DNA of 64,000 nt from Eledone cirrhosa (taxonomy: Eukaryota). This document shows, piece after piece, positions 37,022-50,839 of the stretch. The number at the start of each line of letters is the position of its first letter. Positions within the stretch are counted from its first letter, which is position 1. Position numbers and translations under genes: made by a program. Location: contig OZ024740.1 of NCBI GenBank assembly GCA_964016885.1, positions 62,001 to 126,000 on the forward strand. Reading direction: 5' to 3'. Under the pieces are notes generated by a model. It saw only the letters and a list, made by a program, of their open reading frames with translations. It had not been told where the DNA came from and did not search any database.

Positions 37022-40000
37022 GTTAGTGTAGTAACAACACTGTCCTGGTTAGTGTAGTAACAAAACTCTCCTGGTTAGTGTAGTAACAATACTGTCCTGG
37101 TTAGTGTAGTAACAACACTGTCCTGGTTAGTGTAGTAACAATACTGTCCTGGTTAGTGTAGTAACAACACAGTCCTGGTTAGTGTAGTAACAACACTGTC
37201 CTGGTTAGTGTAGTAACAATAGTGTCCTGGTTAGTGTAGTAACAACACTGTCCTGGTTAGTGTAGTAACAATACTGTCCTGGTTAGTGTAGTAACAATAC
37301 TGTCCTGGTTAGTGTAGTAACAACACTGTCCTGGTTAGTGTAGTAAAAATATTGCCCTGGTTAGTGTAGTAACAACACTGTCCTGGTTAGTGTAGTAACA
37401 ACACTGTCCTGGTTAGTGTAGTAACAACACTGTCCTGGTTAGTGTAGTACCAATACTGTCCTGGTTAGTGTAGTAACAACACAGTCCTGGTTAGTGTAGT
37501 AACAACACTGTCCTGGTTAGTGTAGTAACAACACTCCTGGTTAGTGTAGTAACAACACTGTCCTGGTTAGTGTAGTAACAATACTTTCCTGGTTAGTGTA
37601 GTAACAACACAGTCCTGGTTAGTGTAGTAACAATACTGTCCTGGTTAGTGTAGTAACAATAGTGTCCTGGTTAGTGTAGTAACAGCACTGTCCTGGTTAG
37701 TGTAGTAACAATACTGTCTTGGTTAGTGTAGTAACAATATTGCCCTGGTTAGTGTAGTAACAATACTGTCCTGGTTAGTGTAGTAACAACACAGTCCTGG
37801 TTAGTGTAGTAACAACACTGTCCTGGTTAGTGTAGTAACAACACTGTTCTGGTTAGTGTAGTAACAACACTGTCCTGGTTAGTGTAGTAACAACACTGTC
37901 CTGGTTAGTGTAGTAACAACACTGTCCTGGTTAGTGTAGTAACAACACTGTCCTGGTTAGTGTAGTAACAACACAGTCCTGGTTAGTGTAGTAACAACAC
38001 TGTCCTGGTTAGTGTAGTAACAACACTGTCCTGGTTAGTGTAGTAACACTGTCCTGGTTAGTGTAGTAACAACACAGTCCTGGTTAGTGTAGTAACAACA
38101 CTGTCCTGGTTAGTGTAGTAACAATACTGTCCTGGTTAGTGTAGTAACAACACAGTCCTGGTTAGTGTAGTAACAACACTGTCCTGGTTAGTGTAGTAAC
38201 AATACTGTCCTGGTTAGTGTAGTAACAACACTGTCCTGGTTAGTGTAGTATCAACACTGTCCTGGTTAGTGTAGTAACAACACTGTCCTGGTTAGTGTAG
38301 TAACAACACTGTCCTGGTTAGTGTAGTAACAACACTGTCCTGATTAGTGTAGTAACAACACTGTCCTGGTTAGTGTAGTAACAATACTGTCCTGGTTAGT
38401 GTAGTAACAACACTGTCCTGGTTAGTGTAGTAACAACACTGTCCTGGTTAGTGTAGTAACAACACTGTCCTGGTTAGTGTAGTATCAACACTGTCCTGGT
38501 TAGTGTAGTAACAATACTGTCCTGGTTAGATAGTAACAATACAGTCCTGGTTAGTATAGTAACAATACTGTCCTGGTTAGTGTAGTAACAACACAGTCCT
38601 GGTTAGTGTAGTAACAATACTGTCCTGGTTAGTGTAGTAACAATATTGCCCTGGTTAATGTAGTAACAATACTGTCCTGGTTAGTGTAGTAACAACACAG
38701 TCCTGGTTAGTGTAGTAACAATACTGTCCTGGTTAGTGTAGTAACAACACTGTCCTGGTTAGTGTAGTAACAATACTGTCCTGGTTAGTGTAGTAACAAC
38801 ACAGTCCTGGTTAGTGTAGTAACAACACTGTCTTGGTTAGTGTAGTAACAATAGTGTCCTGGTTAGTGTAGTAACAACACTGTCCTGGTTAGTGTAGTTA
38901 CAATACTGTCCTGGTTAGTGTAGTAACAATACTGTCCTGGTTAGTGTAGTAACAACACTGTCCTGGTTAGTGTAGTAACAATATTGCCCTGGTTAGTGTA
39001 GTAACAACACTGTCCTGGTTAGTGTAGTAACAACACTGTCCTGGCTAGTGTAGTACCAATACTGTCCTGGTTAGTGTAGTAACAACACAGTCCTGGTTAG
39101 TGTAGTAACAACACTCCTGGTTAGTGTAGTAACAACACTCTCCTGGTTAGTGTAGTAACAATACTCTCCTGGTTAGTGTAGTAACAACACAGTCCTGGTT
39201 AGTGTAGTAACAATACTGTCCTGGTTAGTGTAGTAACAATACTGTCTTGGTTAGTGTAGTAACAATATTGCCCTGGTTAGTGTAGTAACAATACTGTCCT
39301 GGTTAGTGTAGTAACAACACAGTCCTGGTTAGTGTAGTAACAACACTGTCCTGGTTAGTGTAGTAACAACACTGTCCTGGTTAGTGTAGTAACAATACTG
39401 TCCTGGTTAGTGTAGTAACAATACTGTCCTGGTTAGTGTAGTAACAACACAGTCCTGGTTAGTGTAGTAACAACACTGTCCTGGTTAGTGTAGTAACAAC
39501 ATTGTTCTGGTTAGTGTAGTAACAACACTGTCCTGGTTAGTGTAGTATCAACACTGTCCTGGTTAGTGTAGTAACAACACTGTCCTGGTTAGTGTAGTAA
39601 CAATACTGTCCTGGTTAGTGTAGAAACAATACTGTCCTGGTTAGTGTAGTAACAATACTGTCCTGGTTAGTGTAGTAACAACACTGTCCTGGTTAGTGTA
39701 GTAACAACACTGTCCTGGTTAGTGTAGTAACAACACTGTCCTGGTTAGTGTAGTAACAATACTGTCCTGGTTAGTGTAGTAACAATATTGCCCTGGTTAG
39801 TGTAGTAACAATACTGTCCTGGTTAGTGTAGTAACAACACTGTCCTGTTTAGTGTAGTAACAACACTGTCCTGGTTAGTGTAGTAACAACACAGTCCTGG
39901 TTAGTGTAGTAACAACACTGTCCTGGTTAGTGTAGTAACAATACTGTCCTGGTTAGTGTAGTATCAACACTGTCCTGGTTAGTGTAGTAACAACACTGTC

Positions 40001-43000
40001 CTGTTTAGTGTAGTAACAACACTGTCCTGGTTAGTGTAGTAACAACACAGTCCTGGTTAGTGTAGTAACAACACTGTCCTGGTTAGTGTAGTAACAATAC
40101 TGTCCTGGTTAGTGTAGTAAGAATACAGTCCTGGTTAGTATAGTAACAATACTGTCCTGGTTAGTGTAGTAACAATACTGTCCTGGTTAGTGTAGTAACA
40201 ACACTGTCCTGGTTAGAGTAGTAACAACACAGTCTTGCTTAGTGTAGTAACAACACTGTCCTGGTTAGTGTAGTAACAACACTGTCCTGGTTAGTGTAGT
40301 AACAATACTGTCCTGGTTAGTGTAGTAACAACAGTGTCCTGGTTAGTGTAGTAACAATACTGTCCTGGTTAGTGTAGTAACAACACTGTCCTGGTTAGTG
40401 TAGTAACAATACTGTCCTGGTTAGTGTAGTAACAACACAGTCCTGGTTAGTGTAGTAACAATACTGTCCTGGTTAGTGTAGTAACAATACTGTCCTGGTT
40501 AGTGTAGTAACAATACTGTCCTAGTTAGTGTAGTAACAATACTGTCCTGGTTAGTGTAGTAACAATACTGTCCTGGTTAGTGTAGTAACAACACTGTCCT
40601 GGTTAGTGTAGTAACAATGCTGTCTTGGTTAGTGTAGTAATATTGTGCTGGTTAGTGTAGTAACAATACTGTCCTGGTTAGTGTAGTAACAACACAGTCA
40701 TGGTTAGTGTAGTAACAACACAGTCCTGGTTAGTGTAGTAACAACACTGTCCTGGTTTGTGTAGTAACGACACTTCCTGGTTAGTGTAGTAACAATACTG
40801 TCCTGGTTAGTGTAGTAACAACACTGTCCTGGTTAGTGTAGTATCAACACTGTCCTGGTTAGTGTAGTAACAACACTGTCCTGGTTAGTGTAGTAACAAC
40901 ACTGTTCTGGTTAGTGTAGTAACAATACTGTCCTGGTTAGTGTAGTAACAACACTGTCCTGGTTAGTGTAGTATCAACACTGTCCTGGTTAGTGTAGTAT
41001 CAACACTGTCCTGGTTAGTGTAGTAACAATACTGTCCTGGTTAGTGTAGTAACAATACTGTCCTGGTTAGTGTAGTAACAACACTCCTGGTTAGTGTAGT
41101 ATCAACACTGTCCTGGTTAGTGTAGTAACAATACTGTCCTGGTTAGTGTAGTAACAATACTGTCCTGGTTAGTGTAGTAACAATACTGTCCTGGTTAGTG
41201 TAGTAACAATACTGTCCTGGTTAGTGTAGTAACAACACTGTCCTGGTTAGTGTAGTAACAACACAGTCCTGGTTAGTGTAGTAACAATACTGTCCTGGTT
41301 AGTGTAGTAACAACACAGTCATGGTTAGTGTAGTAACAATACTGTCCTGGTTAGTGTAGTAACAACACTGTCCTGGTTAGTCTAGTAACAACACAGTCCT
41401 GGTTAGTGTAGTAACAACACTGTCCTGGTTAGTGTAGTAACAATACAGTCCTGGTTAGTATAGTAACAATACTGTCCTGGTTAGTGTAGTAACAACACAG
41501 TCCTGGTTAGTGTAGTAACAATACTGTCCTGGTTAGTGTAGTAACAATACTGTCCTGGTTAGTGTAGTAACAACACAGTCCTGGTTAGTGTAGTAACAAT
41601 ACTGTCCTGGTTAGTGTAGTAACAACACTGTCCTGGTTAGTGTAGTAACAATACTGTCCTGGTTAGTGTAGTAACAACACAGTCCTGGTTAGTGTAGTAA
41701 CAACACTGTCTTGGTTAGTGTAGTAACAATAGTGTCCTGGTTAGTGTAGTAACAACACTGTCCTGGTTAGTGTAGTAACAATACTGTCCTGGTTAGTGTA
41801 GTAACAATACTGTCCTGGTTAGTGTAGTAACAACACTGTCCTGGTTAGTGTAGTAACAATATTGCCCTGGTTAGTGTAGTAACAACACTGTCCTGGTTAG
41901 TGTAGTAACAACACTGTCCTGGCTAGTGTAGTACCAATACTGTCCTGGTTAGTGTAGTAACAACACAGTCCTGGTTAGTGTAGTAACAACACTCCTGGTT
42001 AGTGTAGTAACAACACTCTCCTGGTTAGTGTAGTAACAATACTCTCCTGGTTAGTGTAGTAACAACACTGTCCTGGTTAGTGTAGTAACAATACTGTCTT
42101 GGTTAGTGTAGTAACAATATTGCCCTGGTTAGTGTAGTAACAATACTGTCCTGGTTAGTGTAGTAACAACACAGTCCTGGTTAGTGTAGTAACAACACTG
42201 TCCTGGTTAGTGTAGTAACAACACTGTCCTGGTTAGTGTAGTAACAATACTGTCCTGGTTAGTGTAGTAACAATACTGTCCTGGTTAGTGTAGTAACAAC
42301 ACAGTCCTGGTTAGTGTAGTAACAACACTGTCCTGGTTAGTGTAGTAACAACATTGTTCTGGTTAGTGTAGTAACAACACTGTCCTGGTTAGTGTAGTAT
42401 CAACACTGTCCTGGTTAGTGTAGTAACAACACTGTCCTGGTTAGTGTAGTAACAATACTGTCCTGGTTAGTGTAGAAACAATACTGTCCTGGTTAGTGTA
42501 GTAACAATACTGTCCTGGTTAGTGTAGTAACAACACTGTCCTGGTTAGTGTAGTAACAACACTGTCCTGGTTAGTGTAGTAACAACACTGTCCTGGTTAG
42601 TGTAGTAACAACACTGTCCTGGTTAGTGTAGTAACAATACTGTCCTGGTTAGTGTAGTAACAATATTGCCCTGGTTAGTGTAGTAACAATACTGTCCTGG
42701 TTAGTGTAGTAACAACACTGTCCTGTTTAGTGTAGTAACAACACTGTCCTGGTTAGTGTAGTAACAACACAGTCCTGATTAGTGTAGTAACAACACTGTC
42801 CTGGTTAGTGTAGTAACAATACTGTCCTGGTTAGTGTAGTATCAACACTGTCCTGGTTAGTGTAGTAACAACACTGTCCTGGGTAGTGTAGTATCAACAC
42901 TGTCCTGGTTAGTGTAGTAACAACACTGTCCTGGTTAGTGTAGTATCAACACTTCCTGGTTAGTGTAGTAACAATACTGTCCTGGTTAGTGTAGTAACAA

Positions 43001-46000
43001 TACTGTCCTAGTTAGTGTAGTAACAACACTGTCCTGGTTAGTGTAGTAACAATACTGTCCTGGTTAGTGTAGTAAGAATACAGTCCTGGTTAGTATAGTA
43101 ACAATACTGTCCTGGTTAGTGTAGTAACAATACTGTCCTGGTTAGTGTAGTAACAACACTGTCCTGGTTAGAGTAGTAACAACACAGTCTTGCTTAGTGT
43201 AGTAACAACACTGTCCTGGTTAGTGTAGTAACAACACTGTCCTGGTTAGTGTAGTAACAATACTGTCCTGGTTAGTGTAGTAACAACAGTGTCCTGGTTA
43301 GTGTAGTAACAATACTGTCCTGGTTAGTGTAGTAACAACACTGTCCTGGTTAGTGTAGTAACAATACTGTCCTGGTTAGTGTAGTAACAACACAGTCCTG
43401 GTTAGTGTAGTAACAATACTGTCCTGGTTAGTGTAGTAACAATACTGTCCTGGTTAGTGTAGTAACAATACTGTCCTAGTTAGTGTAGTAACAATACTGT
43501 CCTGGTTAGTGTAGTAACAATACTGTCCTGGTTAGTGTAGTAACAACACTGTCCTGGTTAGTGTAGTAACAATGCTGTCTTGGTTAGTGTAGTAATATTG
43601 TGCTGGTTAGTGTAGTAACAATACTGTCCTGGTTAGTGTAGTAACAACACAGTCATGGTTAGTGTAGTAACAACACTGTCCTGGTTAGTCTAGTAACAAC
43701 ACAGTCCTGGTTAGTGTAGTAACAACACTGTCCTGGTTTGTGTAGTAACGACACTTCCTGGTTAGTGTAGTAACAATACTGTCCTGGTTAGTGTAGTAAC
43801 AACACTGTCCTGGTTAGTGTAGTATCAACACTGTCCTGGTTAGTGTAGTAACAACACTGTCCTGGTTAGTGTAGTAACAACACTGTCCTGGTTAGTGTAG
43901 TAACAACACTGTTCTGGTTAGTGTAGTAACAATACTGTCCTGGTTAGTGTAGTAACAACACTGTCCTGGTTAGTGTAGTATCAACACTGTCCTGGTTAGT
44001 GTAGTATCAACACTGTCCTGGTTAGTGTAGTAACAATACTGTCCTGGTTAGTGTAGTAACAATACTGTCCTGGTTAGTGTAGTAACAACACTCCTGGTTA
44101 GTGTAGTATCAACACTGTCCTGGTTAGTGTAGTAACAATACTGTCCTGGTTAGTGTAGTAACAATACTGTCCTGGTTAGTGTAGTAACAATACTGTCCTG
44201 GTTAGTGTAGTAACAATACTGTCCTGGTTAGTGTAGTAACAATACTGTCCTGGTTAGTGTAGTAACAACACTGTCCTGGTTAGTGTAGTAACAACACAGT
44301 CCTGGTTAGTGTAGTAACAATACTGTCCTGGTTAGTGTAGTAACAATACTCTCCTAGTTAGTGTAGTAACAATACTGTCCTGGTTAGAGTAGTAACAATA
44401 CTGTCCTGGTTAGTGTAGTAACAATACTGTCCTGGTTAGTGTAGTAACAACACTGTCCTGGTTAGTGTAGTAACAATACTGTCTTGGTTAGTGTAGTAAT
44501 ATTGTGCTGGTTAGTGTAGTAACAATACTGTCCTGGTTAGTGTAGTAACAACACAGTCATGGTTAGTGTAGTAACAATACTGTCCTGGTTAGTGTAGTAA
44601 CAACACTGTCCTGGTTAGTCTAGTAACAACACAGTCCTGGTTAGTGTAGTAACAACACTGTCCTGGTTAGTGTAGTAACAATACTGTCCTGGTTAGTGTA
44701 GTAACAACACTTCCTGGTTAGTGTAGTAACAACACTGTCCTGGTTAGTGTAGTAACAACACTGTCCTGGTTAGTGTAGTAACAACACTGTTCTGGTTAGT
44801 GTAGTAACAATACTGTCCTGGTTAGTGTAGTAACAACACTGTCCTGGTTAGTGTAGTATCAACACTGTCCTGGTTAGTGTAGTATCAACACTGTCCTGGT
44901 TAGTGTAGTAACAATACTGTCCTGGTTAGTGTAGTAACAATACTGTCCTGGTTAGTGTAGTAACAATACTGTCCTGGTTAGTGTAGTAACAATACTGTCC
45001 TGGTTAGTGTAGTAACAACACTCCTGGTTAGTGTAGTATCAACACTGTCCTGGTTAGTGTAGTAACAATACTGTCCTGGTTAGTGTAGTAACAATACTGT
45101 CCTGGTTAGTGTAGTAACAACACTTCCTGGTTAGTGTAGTAACAACACTGTCCTGGTTAGTGTAGTAACAACACTGTCCTGGTTAGTGTAGTAACAACAC
45201 TGTTCTGGTTAGTGTAGTAACAATACTGTCCTGGTTAGTGTAGTAACAACACTGTCCTGGTTAGTGTAGTATCAACACTGTCCTGGTTAGTGTAGTATCA
45301 ACACTGTCCTGGTTAGTGTAGTAACAATACTGTCCTGGTTAGTGTAGTAACAATACTGTCCTGGTTAGTGTAGTAACAATACTGTCCTGGTTAGTGTAGT
45401 AACAATACTGTCCTGGTTAGTGTAGTAACAATACTGTCCTGGTTAGTGTAGTAACAACACTCCTGGTTAGTGTAGTATCAACACTGTCCTGGTTAGTGTA
45501 GTAACAATACTGTCCTGGTTAGTGTAGTAACAATACTGTCCTGGTTAGTGTAGTAACAATACTGTCCTGGTTAGTGTAGTAACAATACTGTCCTGGTTAA
45601 TGTAGTAACAATACTGTCCTGGTTAGTGTAGTAACAACACTGTCCTGGTTAGTGTAGTAACAACACAGTCCTGGTTAGTGTAGTAACAACACTGTCCTGG
45701 TTAGTGTAGTAACAATATTGCCCTGGTTAGTGTAGTAACAACACTGTCCTGGTTAGTGTAGTAACAACACTGTCCTGGTTAGTGTAGTATCAACACTGTC
45801 CTGGTTAGTGTAGTAACAACACAGTCCTGGTTAGTGTAGTAACAATACTGTCCTGGTTAGTCTAGTAAAAACACAGTCCTGGTTAGTGTAGTAACAACAC
45901 TGTCCTGGTTAGTGTAGTAACAACACTGTCCTGGTTAGTGTAGTATCAACACTGTCCTGGTTAGTGTAGTAACAACACAGTCCTGGTTAGTGTAGTAACA

Positions 46001-46414
46001 ATACTGTCCTGGTTAGTGTAGTAACAACACTTCCTGGTTAGTGTAGTAACAACACTGTCCTGGTTAGTGTAGTAACAACACTGTCCTGGTTAGTGTAGTA
46101 ACAATATTGCTCTGGTTAGTGTAGTAACAACACTGTCCTGGTTAGTGTAGTATCAACACTCCTGGTTAGTGTAGTAACAACACTGTCCTGGTTAGTGTAG
46201 TATCAACACTGTCCTGGTTAGTGTAGTAACAACACTGTCCTGGTTAGTGTAGTATCAACACTGTCCTGGTTAGTGTAGTATCAACACTGTCCTGGTTAGT
46301 GTAGTAACAACACTGTCCTGGTTAGTGTAGTAACAATACTGTCCTGGTTAGTGTAGTAACAACACTCCTGGTTAGTGTAGTATCAACACTGTCCTGGTTA
46401 GTGTAGTAACAACA
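37022..46414. repeat. 9.4-kb intronic satellite, 26-bp unit GTTAGTGTAGTAACAA(C/T)ACTGTCCTG, about 360 copies
   Basis: Direct inspection; head-to-tail units with no unique spacers. Confidence 0.99.
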
Positions 46415-46678
46415 GTACCAGATGTGGTAGCAGTATTCCAATGCAGTATTTGATCTTTGTAGAAAGTTAGCAACTGTTAAACCTGAATAGAGGGGCTTAT
46501 CGCTGGTACATAGTTATTATGTTGTGAATGTTTTCTAACCAGGGAATATTAAGTGACTGTGAGGCCTAGTATTTGAGGAATTCTGTTGATTGTTTGGAGA
46601 GAGTGAGATAGAAGAATATAAAATTTGTTCGGAAGGGATGGTGAGGATGATCATGATAAACTATTCTTGAAATTTCAG

Positions 46679-46743
46679 GTGTAATCCTTGCTTGTGGCTG
46701 TGATAATCAAAAAGTGAAATTATATGTTTGGCAAGAAGGTCAG
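46679..46743 (+). CDS. ELP2: ELP2 exon
   Basis: AG/GT flanks; GVILACGCDNQKVKLYVWQEGQ. Confidence 0.88.
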
Positions 46744-47346
46744 GTATGTAATCTAAGGTTAAAAAATGTTTAATGATCTGGATTTATTTCTACCATCTCC
46801 ACTGTTTTTAGTGGTGATTATGGTAAAGAAGATAGAATAGCTTCAGAAAGAGATATAGTGTTAGCACTTCTCTTTCTCTCATGTATCATAGATGTAACTT
46901 TATGTTAACAACTTGCAATATTGTTAGGGCATAGGATCAGACACCTTGCAATATTTTGAGCACAAATCTTACTGTGGCCTATTTAGATGATAAATTTAAT
47001 TTGTCACCAGGTTTCACATCACCACATAGCCATAGGTGTCTTTAGCAGAGTTCATTCTCTTGCTTCTGAATTAGGTCTTCAGTTTCAGAATACCTTTCCT
47101 AGTCCTACTCATCAGACTTGAAGTCTTTAAGGGTTAGGGTTACTGCCTTTCTTTTCACTTCTTCACTAAACAATAAAAATAAATAAATAAATTCTATCTT
47201 CTTACAATGAGTATTTCCTACCACTCTACTAAGTCCCACTCAATTTCATTTCCCCCACCAATAAGTCCTACTCCATTCCTCCCACCAATAAGTGTCACTC
47301 AACTAAGTGCTACTCTATGTTTCACTCAATATTCTCTCACTTCCAG

Positions 47347-47413
47347 TTTCTCTCTGCCATATCACTGTCAGGACATGATGACTGGGTCACTGGTGTTGAT
47401 TTCTGTGTTGAAG
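47347..47413 (+). CDS. ELP2: ELP2 exon
   Basis: AG/GT flanks; FLSAISLSGHDDWVTGVDFCVE. Confidence 0.9.
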
Positions 47414-47484
47414 GTAACAACTGCCACATTTTCTCATCTCCTTCCTCTTCTTCTTCTCTTTCTTTTTTATTTGCCCACATTCTT

Positions 47485-47910
47485 GAGGGAGTCCTCAAAC
47501 ACTCCTCCCTGCAGGTCCTGTCAGAAGCAACCGTCTCCAATTGATCTGGTTGGATCCCCAGGCGAGATCTGCTGAGCTTGTGGGTGGTATCCAACTATCT
47601 TGCACGGGGTCTCCCTCTGGGTCTTCTAAAATCTGTCCAGTAATTCTTTCTTGAGATATTCATATGAGATATTCAACACGAGCAGCTGATTAATCTTGCC
47701 TCAAGTGGGACAGTTCCCGTCTAACCCATGCTAGCGTGGAAAATAGACGTTAAATGATTATGAATATGGTATCTGTGCCAACCCTTACCTATGTTCATGA
47801 ATATGGAGTAATGACCAAAAGAATACGATCTAGAATAGAAGCGACCGAAATGGGTCTTTGAAGGGTCTTTGAAATAACATTACTCGATAGAGTACGTAGT
47901 TCAGAAATTT
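47485..47910. mobile_element. Old RTE-type fragments (homologue at about 52225-52570)
   Basis: TCCTGTCAGAAGCAACCGTCTCCAA shared with 52251-52275; LTYVHEYGVMTKRIRSRIEATEMG resembles an RTE RT C-terminus. Confidence 0.55.
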
Positions 47911-47973
47911 TCCCATCTCTTCTTCATGAGGTCAGAGTATTGAAGCACGGTTTCCATATATATATATAATTTG

Positions 47974-48160
47974 AAGGCGCATGACTTAGTGGTTACAGCA
48001 TTGGGCTTGCAATCGAAAGGTTCATCATCATCATCATCATTTAACGTCTATCTTCCATGCTAGCATGGGTGATGTGTTGTTTCCTTGAGCAAGACACTTT
48101 ATTTCATGTTGCTCCAGTTTACTCATCTGTAGAAATGAGATGATAGGACTGGGGTCCCTC
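47974..48160 (+). mobile_element. tRNA-derived SINE (family S2) 5' part, interrupted by a (CAT)n RTE-tail fragment
   Basis: Head GGCGCATGACTTAGTGGTT and core CCTTGAGCAAGACACTTT match the copies at 56832-57171 and 59188-59532. Confidence 0.7.
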
Positions 48161-48238
48161 TTCATTAAATCACCCAAGACACCTGCAATGAGATATACCT
48201 TGGAGGAGGCCAGCTAAACCTGCATAGGTGTGAGCTGT

Positions 48239-48284
<46 letters not shown>

Positions 48285-48407
48285 TTTCAAATAAAAGTGG
48301 CATAGACATTACAATACAATGGGAAGAAACATAATAGTACCATTGGTGATGTTGCAGATGTGTGATAAAAGAACTTTGTTAGACTATATATATATATTTA
48401 TATCTGT

Positions 48408-48640
48408 AAAAGTTCTATTTAAATTGTTGGGATACAACAAGCAAATATTTTTATAACTGATATAAAGCACTCAACAAATAATTAGAGTAAAAATACGATA
48501 TTAACAAATGGAAACTATATTTATAAAACGATATTTATTTCATTATACATATTTGAAGGACACCAAGTTAAATTATGGTGTACTTTCATCAGATAAAATA
48601 TAATATAGAGCAGTTTTATAAATAAATATTGACATACCCT
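48408..48640 (-). repeat. Diverged copy of the 9895-10168 repeat with a hammerhead-like core
   Basis: Shared ATGGAAACTATATTTATAAAAC.ATATTTATTTCATTATA; CTGATGA at 48592-48586 (-). Confidence 0.75.
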
Positions 48641-48752
48641 TAAAGAATGCAACCATTACTGTTGGAAGCTCCTGGATAGATTGACTATCCGGGAGCTTCC
48701 ACTGGTAAATGGAATAATTGCCTTATGTTGTTTATTACATAACTATATATAT

Positions 48753-49158
48753 ATTATGAAGAGAGAAGAAACATTTAGATATAATTAGTAATAAAATGTA
48801 TCATACCTAAACTGCTCCTAGATTCCTCGACTACATAGTTTCGTGGCATAAACAAAAACAATACATCATAAAGATGGGGTTATAAGAGGCTTAGCTCTGT
48901 TTCTCGACCGTTATATCGCGTGACTATCTCCCCTCCGCCTTTTGGGATTCTTTCTCACGTTGTGTAGACGCGTTCTTGAGACTAGTAAAATGAGGTATCC
49001 TCTTGATAAGTCGGCAGACCTCGCAAGGACTCTATAGCTTTATGATGTATTGTTTTTGTTTATGCCACGAAACTACGTAGTCGAGGAATCTAGGAGCAGT
49101 TTAGGTATGATACATTTTATTACTAATTATATCTAAATGTTTCTTCTCTCTTCATAAT
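48753..49158. repeat. Inverted repeat (121-bp arms, 164-bp spacer) overlapping a hammerhead-like motif
   Basis: 48753-48873 is the reverse complement of 49038-49158 with one mismatch. Confidence 0.9.
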
Positions 49159-49327
49159 GTATTTTTAACTCTGATACTGGTTCAGTCTGGTTCAACCGGA
49201 TTGGTCTGTCCCAGTCATTCATTGAGCAACATCGGTGAAGTTGGCACCCTTAACTCACGGTTGGGTGCGGATGCATTCATGTATATGTGTGTGTCCACAT
49301 GTATCTGTGTGTTTCTAAATATATTGT

Positions 49328-49363
<36 letters not shown>

Positions 49364-49367
<4 letters not shown>

Positions 49368-50120
49368 ACTGCTAGCTGCAAAAGGCTTCTCCCTCAAAAT
49401 GAAAGGCAGACTGTATGATGCGTGTATCCGAACAGCAATGTTACATGGTAGTGAGACCTGGGCGCTGAAGGTGGAAGACTTGCGTAGATTAGAAAGAAAC
49501 GAAGCCTGCATGCTCCGATGGATGTGTAATAGTAATATACGCAAACAGCAAAGCATAAATGAATTTAGAGAGAGACTGAGCATAAGAGGAATCAAATGCT
49601 GTGTGCAGGAGAGGCGGTTGCGTTGGTATGGACATGTGATGTGTATGAAGGATGACAGCTGCATAAAAACGTGCAGAGCACTAGAAGTCAATGGAAACCG
49701 CGGAGTGGGGAGACCAAAGAAGACCTGGGATGAGGTGATAAAAGCCGACCTTACCCAATTACACCTCTCAAAGGCGATGACACACGACCGTGACCTCTGG
49801 CGTCACGCAGTAATACAGAGTACCCGACCTCCCATGGGTACAAGCTGAAGCATATAGACAATATGCCCCCACACCCTCCCACTGCAAAAAAGCACCCAGC
49901 CCACACTGTAAAGTGGAGGTGTAGGCGCCACGGAAAAAGCACCCAGCACTCACTGTAAATGAGGTTGGTGTTAGGAAGGGCATCCAGCTGTAGAAATTAA
50001 GCCAAAATCAGTTCCTGTATGAGCAAGGCATGGTCAGCTGACCAGACACTGCCCACAACAGGACAACCCGTCTAACCCATGCTAGCATGGAAGAACGGAC
50101 GTAAAACGGTGATGTTGATG
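49364..50120 (+). mobile_element. RTE family A, 5'-truncated 3' fragment inside a (TA)n tract
   Basis: [20 protein letters not shown]...RPPMGTS, then 3' UTR; TA runs on both sides. Confidence 0.92.
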
Positions 50121-50594
50121 ATATATATATATATATATATCCTCAGTTATTATAATATATGATAAGTAAAAGGAAGATTATGCTTCTATTCGCCCTAATT
50201 ACATATCTTCATTTAATTTTTTATCAGTTTAAAATTTTAGAGTTGTCTACGATGCCACCGTTTTTTTTAATGAGTTGTCGCCCCTTCTCATTTTTATTAA
50301 GTTGCTTCCCTTGAATTTTTTTCTTTTAATATTTTGTCATTGTTTTATCGTTTCGAGTTTTATTAACACGGATAATGTTCTTAGTAATTGCACGTTTAAA
50401 ATGTAATTAATTAAAAGTATGAATTTGTCAGTAGTTGACTTCATTAAGTACGGCTAGCCTGGCCTTATACACAAGTAATGGCCAAGAGCTTTCTTCTAGC
50501 TCCTCCTCCTCATCATGTATGGAGTAATAGGAGGAGGAGGAATATCAACAAGATTGACCATGTTGTAGGAGGAGGGGGGAGGTATCGTATGCTT

Positions 50595-50780
50595 GAAGAG
50601 GTTATTGTCAACTTTGGTGGTGTGGCTAGAGGTGTGGCTAATGGTATGGCTGGTGGTATGACTAGTGGTGTAGCTGGTGGTATGACTGGTAATGGTACCG
50701 TGACTGGTGGTATGATTTGTAGTATCACTGACTGTGTGGCTGGTGGTATGACTGATGGTATGGCTGGTTGTGGTACAGTA
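50595..50780. repeat. Degenerate (GGT/GCT)-based short tandem repeat
   Basis: Recurrent GCTGGTGGTATGACT units. Confidence 0.75.
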
Positions 50781-50839
50781 ATAGTAGACCCAGGAACCCC
50801 ATTACTAACAGCAATAATAATAATGTTTGTGTTGTATAG

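Noticed and set aside
37022-46414. CRISPR array
   Set aside because: Units are contiguous with no unique spacers, there are no cas genes, and the array lies in a spliceosomal intron.
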